Assembly: GCA_963743525.1 (NCBI GenBank)
Contig: CAVUQH010000003.1
Location: forward strand, 544,001 to 608,000
DNA length: 64,000 bases
Direction of reading: 5' to 3'
Source: an uncultured delta proteobacterium
Lineage (GTDB): Bacteria; Myxococcota_A; Polyangia; Haliangiales; Haliangiaceae
In this document: positions 1-9,216 of the stretch, piece by piece
Position numbering within the stretch: the stretch's first letter is position 1
Layout: each line of letters starts with the position of its first letter
Notes under the pieces: model-generated
The model's database searches: none
The model's input: the letters and a program-made list of their open reading frames with translations, nothing else
What the model was told of the DNA's origin: nothing
Translations under genes and position numbers: made by a program

Positions 1-1
1 C

Positions 2-745
2 GACATCGCCGTCCTGTCGCTGGCCAGCGACGCGCCCGCGGCGGTGGTGCCGGCGCCGATGCGCCAGGAGCCGCTGGAGCCGTACGCCGACGCCGCCACC
101 CGCATCGTCGGATTCGGCGAGGACGACGCCGGGACGGCCGGGATCAAGCGCGAGGGAACCAGCCGCATCAGTCAGATCGACCCGACCGAGATCCGCATCG
201 CGCCGGCGCCGGCGATGAGCTGCCGCGGCGACTCGGGCGGTCCGGTGTTCGCCGACCTCGGCCTCGGCGAGGAGCTGATCGCCGCCACCGCCTGGGGTGA
301 TCCTGCGTGCGAGAGCTTCGGCGTGGCTCCGCGCATCGACGCCAACATGGCGCTGCTCATCCAGCCGGCGCTCGACGAGGCGGGACGAGATCCGCCGGCG
401 CGGCCAGCCCTCGACCCGGACACCGATTTTTGCGCGGCCGGCTGTCGCGACGACCTCGACTGCCCGGACGGCTTTGCCTGCGTCGAGCGACTGGACGAGA
501 CCACCGCGTGCGCCCTCGCCGGCCTGCCGCCCGGCAACTTCGCCGGCGACTGCGACGCCGACGTCAACGGCTGCCAGTGCGTCGATGTCGACGGCTCCGG
601 CTGCCGCTGCTTCCAGCCCTGCGACGACCTCGAGCCGGCGCCGAGCGACCCGGGTTGCTGCGCGGCCGGCCCGCTGTCCGGCGGCACGGCGGCGCTGTCG
701 GTGCTGGTGATGGCGCTGTTGTTCGGGCGGCCGCGGCGCCGGATC
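2..745 (+). CDS. Trypsin-like (S1) serine protease, 5' partial, with Cys-rich region and MYXO-CTERM-like tail
   Basis: In-frame DIAVL (catalytic Asp) from base 2 and GDSGGP. C-terminal GCC...hydrophobic stretch...RPRRR. The frame runs on to 1228 antisense to the next gene, so the true stop near 745 is uncertain. Confidence 0.75.
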
Positions 746-1268
746 AGTTCGCCGCGGCCATCCACACCGCCTGCTCGACGCAGGGCATCGACTCGCCGCG
801 CGTCCTTGCTTCGGCGAACAGGCACTGGTCGGACGACAGCGAATCGTCCTGCTCCTGGTACAGCCACTCGTCGATGCGAAGGTTGCCGTCGTCGTCCATG
901 CTCAGCGCGCGCACGCGGAAGCCGAGCACGCAGGGCGGCTGGACGGCACTGGCGATCGTGGTCAGCCAGTCGCCGTCGACCTGCCCGAACGAGCGGTACA
1001 GGTCGTACACGTCCGAGCACGACCCGGGCGCGGTGCACTCGTAGTAGGCCACCAGGGTTCCGCCTGCATCCGCGGCGACGTCGTCGAGGTGAAAGTAGTG
1101 GTCCCGGTCGTCAACCTGGCCTGGCGTCAGCTGCCCCGTACAGGCGCCGCTCTGGCGGTCAACCGAAAGCATCTCGTAATCACCGGCAAACCCGCTGCCG
1201 CCGTCCTGGCAGGCGGCGCAGGTCGTGAGGAGAACGGTCATGATCAGTTGGCGCGCCTCTACCCTCAT
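744..1268 (-). CDS. Hypothetical lipoprotein
   Basis: Signal-like LLTTCAAC and GC3-biased codons. Start at 1268 or 1241. Confidence 0.6.
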   Translation of the reverse strand: MRVEARQLIMTVLLTTCAACQDGGSGFAGDYEMLSVDRQSGACTGQLTPGQVDDRDHYFHLDDVAADAGGTLVAYYECTAPGSCSDVYDLYRSFGQVDGDWLTTIASAVQPPCVLGFRVRALSMDDDGNLRIDEWLYQEQDDSLSSDQCLFAEARTRGESMPCVEQAVWMAAAN

Positions 1269-1629
1269 CGTCCCCGCTGTCAGTCTAGCGGTCGCTGGCG
1301 CCTGCAACAACGGTGGCGATCGGGGCGACGTGCCGCTCGGCCCTGCGCCGACGATCACCCGGGTCGAACCCAACCAGGCCAGCGCGCTCGGCGGCACGAT
1401 CCTGTACATCGTCGGCGACGGATTCGATCCCAAGAAGCCGGTCGAGGTCTGGTTCGGTGACGCGAAGGCCGAGCGCGCAGCCGTGATCACCACCTCGCGA
1501 GTGCAGGTGGAGGTTCCCGCGGGCAAGCCCGATGTCGCGGTCCCGGTGCGGCTACGGCAACCGGGCCGCGCGGAGGCGCGGGCCCCCGAGCGGTTCGACT
1601 ACTTCACGTCCGCCGAGCACGAGGAGTAG
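1240..1629 (+). CDS. IPT/TIG-domain lipoprotein
   Basis: Lipobox-like VAGAC; PTITRVEPNQASALGGTILYIVGDGF IPT/TIG pattern. Confidence 0.75.
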   Translation: MISWRASTLIVPAVSLAVAGACNNGGDRGDVPLGPAPTITRVEPNQASALGGTILYIVGDGFDPKKPVEVWFGDAKAERAAVITTSRVQVEVPAGKPDVAVPVRLRQPGRAEARAPERFDYFTSAEHEE

Positions 1630-1662
1630 CCGCCCACGCCAGTGCCGGCACGCGGTTGCCAT

Positions 1663-1794
1663 CGCCGGGCTACGCGTCGCTGTCGGCGCTCGCGTCGGCT
1701 GTCTTCTGCTCGTCGATGCCGCGCTCACGCCGGGCTACGCGTCGCTGTCGGCGCTCGCGTCGGCTGTCTTCTGCTCGTCGATGCCGCGCTCACG
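1663..1794. repeat. 65-bp perfect tandem duplication
   Basis: cgccgggctacgcgtc...gccgcgctca at 1663-1727 and again from 1728. Confidence 0.9.
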
Positions 1795-1911
1795 GCGCGG
1801 CGCGGGCACGGCTCACGTGGAGACGCCGAGTCGGGGCAGCAGCCAGTACTGCAGGGCGAGCCAGCCGCCGATGACTCCGACGTACAACAGGAGATCGTGC
1901 ATGCCGTGCAT
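1735..1911 (-). CDS. Small single-TM protein, candidate selenoprotein (in-frame UGA at 1815-1813)
   Basis: Hand translation: MHGMHDLLLYVGVIGGWLALQYWLLPRLGVST-UGA-AVPAPRRERGIDEQKTADASADSDA-TAG. GGGGG upstream of the start. Confidence 0.6.
1783..1801 (-). promoter_or_regulatory. Putative bacterial SECIS hairpin
   Basis: GCCGCGC-CGUGA-GCGCGGC begins 11 nt after the UGA. Confidence 0.5.
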
Positions 1912-1984
1912 GTAACCCCCGATCGGCCGCGGCGCAAGCGCTCACGGGCCGGGCCGCGGGGGCCAGCAGCTCATTCCGGGTTGG

Positions 1985-3505
1985 CTACTGCAACACGCAG
2001 GTCTGGAACTCGGTGGTGCCGGCGCAGGTGAGGCCCGGGCAGCACGGGCTTGCCGCGTTGCAGGTCTCGCCGATCTGTCCCAGCGTGCAGCCGCCGCAGT
2101 CGGTCTGGCAGGTCAGGTTGCCGCTGCCGTCGTCCTGGCAGCAGCCGTTGCAGCAGTCGGCGCTGGTGGTGCAGGAGTTGCCCGTGGCGACGCAGCCCGG
2201 GTTGCAGACCAGGTTGCCGTTGGCGTCGGGCGCGCAGACGCCGCTGCAGCAGACGTCGCCGAAGGCGCAGCTGTTGCCGTCGGCAACGCAGCAGATGTTG
2301 CTGCCGGACGGGCCGGGCTCACAGGTCACATTGAAGCTGTCGGTGCAGCAGTCGGAGACATCGGTGCACGCGTCGCCGGGGAGGACGCAGCCGACGGTGC
2401 CGCCGAGGCAACGGTTGACGCCCGAGTTGGCCGGCTCGCAGCCGGTGTCGCCGCCGCCGTTGGGGCAGCAGTTGGCGCTGGCGCCGGTGAAGCAGACCTC
2501 GCCCGGGGCCAGGCAGCTGGTGGCGTTGTCGCAGCGCATGATGTCGCGGCCGTCGGAGGTGGTGCCGTTGGCCACGCAGCTGCCGGAGCAGCACTGGCTG
2601 TCGTCGCTGCAGATCTCGTTGATCGGCAAGCAGCCGCCGAGATAGGTGCAGGTGGCCACGCCGGAGCCGTTGTCGACGCAGGCGTTGGAGCAGCAGGCGC
2701 TGGATACGCCGGGGTTGCCACACGGCTCGCCGACGACGCCGCACGAGCCGACGCTGGCGCAGTGGCCGACAGTGACGCCGCCCGGGCGGTCGCAGTAGTC
2801 GTTGCAGCACTGGTTGTCGTCGGTGCACAGCTCGCCCTGGGCACGGCAGTTGTTCACCTGACCGCAGCGGCAGTCGCTGTCACCGGAGCCGCAGGCCTCG
2901 CCGGCGGCGTTGGCGCAGAAGTCGCTGCAGCAGCCGTTGCCGCTGGTGCACGCCTCGCCGATCGGATCGCAGTTGGCGGTAGAGCCCGAGCAGGTGGTGC
3001 CGCCGCAGTTGTTGGAGCAGCAGTCGCTGTCGCCGGTGCAGTCGCCGCCGACGATGTTGCACGCGCCCGCGGCGTCGCCGCAGGTGCCGCCGTCGCAGTT
3101 GAGCGAACAGCACTCGCTGTTGAGATTGCAGGTTTGGCCGCTGTCCAGGCACAGGCCGACGACGCACTCCTTGGCGCTGCCACCGGCCGGCACCCGGCAC
3201 TGGTTGCCGGCGCAGCACTCGGTCGAGCTGGTACAGGTGGTGCCGGTGGTCAGGCAGCCGGGCGCCTGCTCGCAGGTGCCGCCGACGCATAGACCCGAGC
3301 AGCAGTCGCTGTTGCCGTTGGGGCAGGCGTTGCCGTTGTCGATGCAGCCGGCGTCGATGCCGGGGCCGCCGTCGGTGACGCTGGCGTCGTTGCCGACGCC
3401 GCCGTCGCCATTGCCCTTGTTGCTACCGCCGCAGTTGGCGATGAAGGCGGTGAACAGACCGATCGCCACAACGGCGACCACGACGCGCATCGACGAGTTC
3501 TTCAT
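1985..3505 (-). CDS. Cys-rich repeat lipoprotein
   Basis: GGGGGAG RBS; signal peptide ending FIANC; many tandem C-x3-G-x2-C-x4/5-CC-x3-C units. Confidence 0.85.
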   Translation of the reverse strand: MKNSSMRVVVAVVAIGLFTAFIANCGGSNKGNGDGGVGNDASVTDGGPGIDAGCIDNGNACPNGNSDCCSGLCVGGTCEQAPGCLTTGTTCTSSTECCAGNQCRVPAGGSAKECVVGLCLDSGQTCNLNSECCSLNCDGGTCGDAAGACNIVGGDCTGDSDCCSNNCGGTTCSGSTANCDPIGEACTSGNGCCSDFCANAAGEACGSGDSDCRCGQVNNCRAQGELCTDDNQCCNDYCDRPGGVTVGHCASVGSCGVVGEPCGNPGVSSACCSNACVDNGSGVATCTYLGGCLPINEICSDDSQCCSGSCVANGTTSDGRDIMRCDNATSCLAPGEVCFTGASANCCPNGGGDTGCEPANSGVNRCLGGTVGCVLPGDACTDVSDCCTDSFNVTCEPGPSGSNICCVADGNSCAFGDVCCSGVCAPDANGNLVCNPGCVATGNSCTTSADCCNGCCQDDGSGNLTCQTDCGGCTLGQIGETCNAASPCCPGLTCAGTTEFQTCVLQ

Positions 3506-3648
3506 GGCTCCCCCCGGAGTTGCGTCGAACAGTACCGCCAATCGGGGGTGATGGGCCAGGAACTGGCGATGGGCGACCCCTCCGTACATTGGTGTCGGTT
3601 GTCGGCGGCAAATGGATCGTCGGTGCCAATCGCGCGTTTGATGAGGCG

Positions 3649-4176
3649 ATGAGGATGATGACCGTGATGTGCGCCGCCGCAGTGTCCGTTCTTTGCGCGG
3701 TGCCGGCGCGGGCGGCAAAGTCGGGGCCGCGGGTCGATTCCGGTTTCGGTCCGGCGGTCCACGGCCTGCGCCTGGCGGTCGCGATCGATCAGGATGGCAA
3801 CACCGCTCGCTTCCGCGTGCGCAACGACGGCCGCAAGACGGTTACCTTCGCCGGGCGAATGAGCTGCTCGGGCTACAGCAGCTTCTGGCTGCAGGCCGGC
3901 GCCAGCGACAAGAAGCTGGGCACGCTGTGGGCCTACGAGCCGCAGCGGTCGGGGCTGACCACCCATCCGTTGCGCACGGTCTGCACGCGCAACGGTCCGG
4001 TCGCGCTGATCACCGTGAAGCCGGCCGAGACCGCCGAGATCGCGGTGCCGGTGGCCAGGGGCGAAGCGGTCGCCGGCGGCAGCGAGCGCTTCGTCCAGGG
4101 GCACGCGGCGCTGTGGCTCGAGGATGCGCACATGTCCCGAGTCGAGCTGGCCAGCGTCGTCGGCACGCGCCGCTAG
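3649..4176 (+). CDS. Hypothetical secreted protein
   Basis: Signal peptide ending PARA; GC3 bias. Confidence 0.6.
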   Translation: MRMMTVMCAAAVSVLCAVPARAAKSGPRVDSGFGPAVHGLRLAVAIDQDGNTARFRVRNDGRKTVTFAGRMSCSGYSSFWLQAGASDKKLGTLWAYEPQRSGLTTHPLRTVCTRNGPVALITVKPAETAEIAVPVARGEAVAGGSERFVQGHAALWLEDAHMSRVELASVVGTRR

Positions 4177-4523
4177 TCGGGCGCGCGCGGCTGCAGCACC
4201 ATGCGCGGGGCGCGCGCACGAGGCCGGTCGGTGACGGCGCAGCGCTCGGTCGTCGGCGTGACCAGGGTGTCGTCGCCCTGGTCTTCGAAGTGGAGCTGCA
4301 AGCGCATCAGCCACGCGCCGTCGACCACGCGACCGGTCACCTGGAAATGATCGACGCACTGCCTGGCGACCTCGCCGGCGACGCGGACCTCGAGGCAGGC
4401 GGTCCGCGGGTCGAACCTGAGCTGCCCGGCGGCGACCGCCGGGTGCGACGGCGCGGCCGCGCGCCCCGCGCAGCCGGCGAGGGCGCAGATGGCCAGCGCG
4501 CACGGTGCCCGGAGCCGCCTCAC
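4173..4523 (-). CDS. Hypothetical lipoprotein
   Basis: Lipobox LAGC. Confidence 0.5.
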   Translation of the reverse strand: MRRLRAPCALAICALAGCAGRAAAPSHPAVAAGQLRFDPRTACLEVRVAGEVARQCVDHFQVTGRVVDGAWLMRLQLHFEDQGDDTLVTPTTERCAVTDRPRARAPRMVLQPRAPD

Positions 4524-4651
4524 GTCGTTACGACGCGGCGCCGGCGCTCCGGGTTGCAGCGCGCCGCCGTGATCGCGAACCGCGCGAAGCGCCGGCTAGC
4601 GGCTGCGATCCGATCTCAGACAACCGCGGCGCCGCGCCGGTTCCGCGAAAG

Positions 4652-5418
<767 letters not shown>

Positions 5419-5422
<4 letters not shown>

Positions 5423-6043
5423 CTCGTGAGTCTCCTTTCGCGCGCGTGATGGCGGGCGACGGCGGCTTCGAACGCCTGGCGAGCAGCGCGCAGGCGCGAG
5501 TAGATCGTGTTGGGATTGACCGCGATGGCGTCGGCGATCTCGGGTACCGACATCTGCTCGAGCTCGGCCAGCACGAACACCTCGCGTTTGTCGTCGTCGA
5601 GACCGTCGAGGATCTCGTGCAGCACCCGGGCGGCCTCGGCGCGGACGACCTCGTCCCGCGGGCTGCGGCCGTGCGGGTCGGGCAGGCTCTCGTTCATCGG
5701 CTCGCCGCGGTCCTTGCGCTGGGCGCGGCGGCGATGGTCGCGCGCGACCCGGCGGGCGATGCCGAACAGCCAGCTCTTGAGCGTCGACCGGCCCTCGAAC
5801 TCGGCCAGCCGGCGGTGGACGACGATGAAGACGTCCTGCACGGCGTCGTCGACCGATCGCGTCGGTACGCCCAGACGCCGGCAGGTCCGCCAGACGAAGG
5901 CAAAGTGACGCGTCGTAGACCTCGGAGAACGAGTACGCGGTCCCCGGGGGATGGGGCGCCTGCGCCACCGGCTCGGGCGCCGGCGTGAGGTCGTGGGCGG
6001 TCACTGCCACATGATCGTCGTGGCCGTCGGAGGCGGCATCCAT
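5419..6043 (-). CDS. ECF sigma-70 factor (frameshift near 5908)
   Basis: FSEVYDA / HFAFVWRTCRRLGV...DDAVQDVF...SWLFGIARR...NTIYSRLRAAR; one extra base separates the two frames. Confidence 0.85.
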
Positions 6044-7035
6044 TACGGAAACGTCACCTCGAGACCCGCTGACGCCCGTCCGGCGACCCAGGCAGGGGTG
6101 TGCACGATGTCGGGAGTGCCCCCGGTCACGTCGAACTCGAACTGCGGACGCTCCAGCGGGCGCCCCACCAGCTCGACATCTGCGCGGAATCGCCAGTGAT
6201 TCGCCAGCGGCACGGCGAGCGATGGGCCGCCACCCACCGACGGCCAGACCCAGTCGTTGGCCATGTTGGAGAAGCCGCCGAATCCGCGCGCCCGCGTGCG
6301 CGACAGCTCGCCGAACAGGCAGCCGCCCAGCGACACCCGTCGCCCCGGCAGGTCGTAGCATCCGCGCAGGCCGCCGACCATGGTGAACAGCTCGGCGCCG
6401 TCGTCGGGGGCGCCATCGACGTGGGCCGCCTGCTCGAACCAGTAGGCGGCGTAGGCCTCGATGCGCCACCGGCTCAGCCGTGCGCCCAGCGCCAGGCCGA
6501 CGCCCGGCCCCGCGCCCGGCATCGAGCCGACGTCGCCGGCGACCAGCGCGCGCAGCGCCAGGTCAACCCCGCGCTCGCGCGGCGCCGGTGCGGCGGTGGT
6601 CACCGTCGGGGGCGGCAAGCGCTCGCTGTCGATCACCGCCTCGGGTGGGCGCTCGCTGTCGCCGGTCGAGCCTTCCGGGGCGATCGCCAGCGCCAGCGCC
6701 AGCGCCGCGGTCTCGGCCAACACTGCGCAGTCGCGTCCCTGCAGGGTGCGCTCGCCGCTGCCGGCGCGCGAGGTCGTGTGGATGGTCAGGGTGTAGCGCC
6801 GCCCGGTTTGCTCGACGCGCACCTCGATGTGCAGCGGCTCGGCCGCGCGCGCGCCGCCCAGCTTGGCCGTGAGCATGGCGTCGAACGCCGCCTCGTCGGG
6901 GCATTCCTCCGGGGCGTCCCAGGCAATGAACGGACGCCCGTCGCCGGCTCGGGGCGCGCGAGCATCGCCGCCCGGTTGAGCCGCGGCCGGTCCGATCGGC
7001 AGCGCGAGCGCCAGCGCCACCGCGATGGTCAGCAT
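6043..7035 (-). CDS. Secreted/outer-membrane protein of the ECF operon
   Basis: Signal peptide, PEECPD and RDCAVLA motifs, beta-rich C-terminus; TAATG coupling to the sigma gene. Confidence 0.7.
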   Translation of the reverse strand: MLTIAVALALALPIGPAAAQPGGDARAPRAGDGRPFIAWDAPEECPDEAAFDAMLTAKLGGARAAEPLHIEVRVEQTGRRYTLTIHTTSRAGSGERTLQGRDCAVLAETAALALALAIAPEGSTGDSERPPEAVIDSERLPPPTVTTAAPAPRERGVDLALRALVAGDVGSMPGAGPGVGLALGARLSRWRIEAYAAYWFEQAAHVDGAPDDGAELFTMVGGLRGCYDLPGRRVSLGGCLFGELSRTRARGFGGFSNMANDWVWPSVGGGPSLAVPLANHWRFRADVELVGRPLERPQFEFDVTGGTPDIVHTPAWVAGRASAGLEVTFP

Positions 7036-7133
7036 GCGGGGCAGAATCAGACTGTAGCACGCGGCACATGCTGCGCTCGTACAGCTGTTCACTGCTCGGG
7101 CTGGCCCCGGCGCGGGGCTATACTCGCGGCGGT

Positions 7134-9206
7134 ATGCGCATCGGGCTCGTGGCGGCGTTGGCGTTGTGCGGCTGTGCGGGGGGCGGCCTCAGCGGCGACG
7201 CCGGCCTGCCCGCCGACGGCGGCCCGAGCAGCGACGCCTTCGACCTGCCCGACGCCCATCCCGGCGGCCTGGCGATCCAGTTCATCGACCCGGACCACGG
7301 CCCCTACAGCGGCGGCACCGCGGTGCAGATCCGCGGCAGCGGCTTTCGCGACGGCGCCGTCGTCCGCGTCGGCGGCCGGCAGGTCGAGCCCAACGACCTG
7401 CAGGTGATCGACAGCCGGCGGATCAGCATTGCCACTCCGCCGGGCGATCCGGGCCCGGCCGACGTCGAGGTGCAGATCGGCAGCGACCTCGCCACCCTGC
7501 CCGGCGCCTTCACCTACGAGGCGATGACCATCTCGCCCGCGTCCGGCTCGGTCGCCGGCGGCACCTACGTGACCCTCAGCGGCTTCGCCACCGACTGGGA
7601 CTCGACCACCACCGTCACCTTCGACGGCGTGCCGATGGCGTCGCCGCAGGTGCTCAACCAGACCACCATCGTCGGCTACACGCCGCCGGGCACCGCCGGC
7701 ACCGCCGACATCCGCGCCATCACCGGGACGACCACCGAAGAGGCCAGGCGCGCGTACACCTACCTGACCACCGTCGATCCGTTCGCCGGCGGCATGGGCG
7801 GCGGGCCGATGAACGGCACCCTCAACGTGGTCGTGGTCAACAACAACACCGGCGACGGCGTGGCCAACGCCTTCGTCGCCGTCGGCGATCCGGCGACCAC
7901 GCCGTTCAAGGGCCGCACCGATGCGCTCGGGCAGATCACCTTCAGCGATCCGGCGCTGACCGGCCGGCAGGATCTGGTCGCCGCCGCGGTCGGCTACGAG
8001 GTGGCGATGTTCGTCGAGTTCGACGCTCGCGACATCACCATCTTCCTGCGCCAGCCGCCGCCGCCGCCGATGGGACCAATTCCGCCGGCGCCGCAGATCG
8101 GCCACATCTTCGGCCACATCCTGTTCGGCGACACGGTGTCCCTGGGCTCGCCGCTGTGGGATCTGGTGCCCGAGCCGCGCACGCCGACCGAGCGCAAGCG
8201 CGCCTTCGTCACCACCACCTCGCCCAGCATGTTCTCCACCAGCTACGCGCCCAGCGGCTGGATCGACTACCACTACGACGCCAACGTCACCGCCTGGGAG
8301 TTCGACATCTGGGCGCGGCCGTCGGCGCTGGCGGTGGTCGCGGTCGCCGGCTTGTACGATTCGGCCAAAGATCCGTCGGGCAGCGGCGTCTCCGGCTTCG
8401 AGCCGTTTGCCATGGGCGTGTCGCGCGGCATCCTGGTCGGCCCCGGCGAAGACGTCGTCGGCGTCAACGTGGTCGTCAACACGCCGCTCGACACCGCGGT
8501 GGGCGTGAACCTCGACCATCCGCCGCTGCTCGACTCGCCCGGCTGGGACGGCCCCGACAACTACACCATCCGCCCGTTCGTCGACTTCGGCGGCGAGGGG
8601 ATGATCCACATGAACCTGAACGGCCTGCCGATTCCGCCGGCGCCGGAGCGGCCGCCCAACATCTACCCGTTCCTGCCCGGCACCCAGTCGATTCTCCTGC
8701 CGGCGATGGCGCCGCTGATCGGCCGGCTGTCGGACGGCTCGTACGGCTTCATCGCCGGCGCCTACACCGGCAACGGCGGCGCGCCCTACTCGGTGCGGGT
8801 CGCCCGCGGCTACGACGACGTCACCGCGCCGGTGACCATCGGCGACTTCCTGCCGATGCCGCGGCCCAAGGATCCGCGCCCCGACGGCACGGCGTCGCGC
8901 GATCACCTGGAGCTGTCGATGGAGGGCGACGTCACCGGCGAGCCGACCTTCTTCGTCCACCTGCTGTCCAACGGCAACGGCGACCAGCTCTACCGCATCC
9001 TCGCCCGCGGCGACGCCCTCGACATCGACATCCCCGATCTCACCGCCGAGGGGATGCCGCCACTGCCCGGCGGCGAGGACATCTCGTGGACCTTCTACGA
9101 GCTGCAGGTACCGGGCGCGACCTTCGACCAGTTCACCTATCGCCAGCTGTCGGCGCTCTACTGGAGCGCGTACGCCGCCGACTCCTGCTGGGTGCAGTTC
9201 CCCTAG
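7134..9206 (+). CDS. IPT/TIG-domain lipoprotein
   Basis: Lipobox LCGC; two IPT repeats (IDPDHGPYSGGTAVQIRGSGF, ISPASGSVAGGTYVTLSG). Confidence 0.85.
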   Translation: MRIGLVAALALCGCAGGGLSGDAGLPADGGPSSDAFDLPDAHPGGLAIQFIDPDHGPYSGGTAVQIRGSGFRDGAVVRVGGRQVEPNDLQVIDSRRISIATPPGDPGPADVEVQIGSDLATLPGAFTYEAMTISPASGSVAGGTYVTLSGFATDWDSTTTVTFDGVPMASPQVLNQTTIVGYTPPGTAGTADIRAITGTTTEEARRAYTYLTTVDPFAGGMGGGPMNGTLNVVVVNNNTGDGVANAFVAVGDPATTPFKGRTDALGQITFSDPALTGRQDLVAAAVGYEVAMFVEFDARDITIFLRQPPPPPMGPIPPAPQIGHIFGHILFGDTVSLGSPLWDLVPEPRTPTERKRAFVTTTSPSMFSTSYAPSGWIDYHYDANVTAWEFDIWARPSALAVVAVAGLYDSAKDPSGSGVSGFEPFAMGVSRGILVGPGEDVVGVNVVVNTPLDTAVGVNLDHPPLLDSPGWDGPDNYTIRPFVDFGGEGMIHMNLNGLPIPPAPERPPNIYPFLPGTQSILLPAMAPLIGRLSDGSYGFIAGAYTGNGGAPYSVRVARGYDDVTAPVTIGDFLPMPRPKDPRPDGTASRDHLELSMEGDVTGEPTFFVHLLSNGNGDQLYRILARGDALDIDIPDLTAEGMPPLPGGEDISWTFYELQVPGATFDQFTYRQLSALYWSAYAADSCWVQFP

Positions 9207-9216
9207 CGCGGCGCGA

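Noticed and set aside
745..1228. Arg-rich C-terminal extension of the protease ORF
   Set aside because: It is antisense to a plausible lipoprotein gene and follows the sorting signal. More likely a lost stop codon or a base error.
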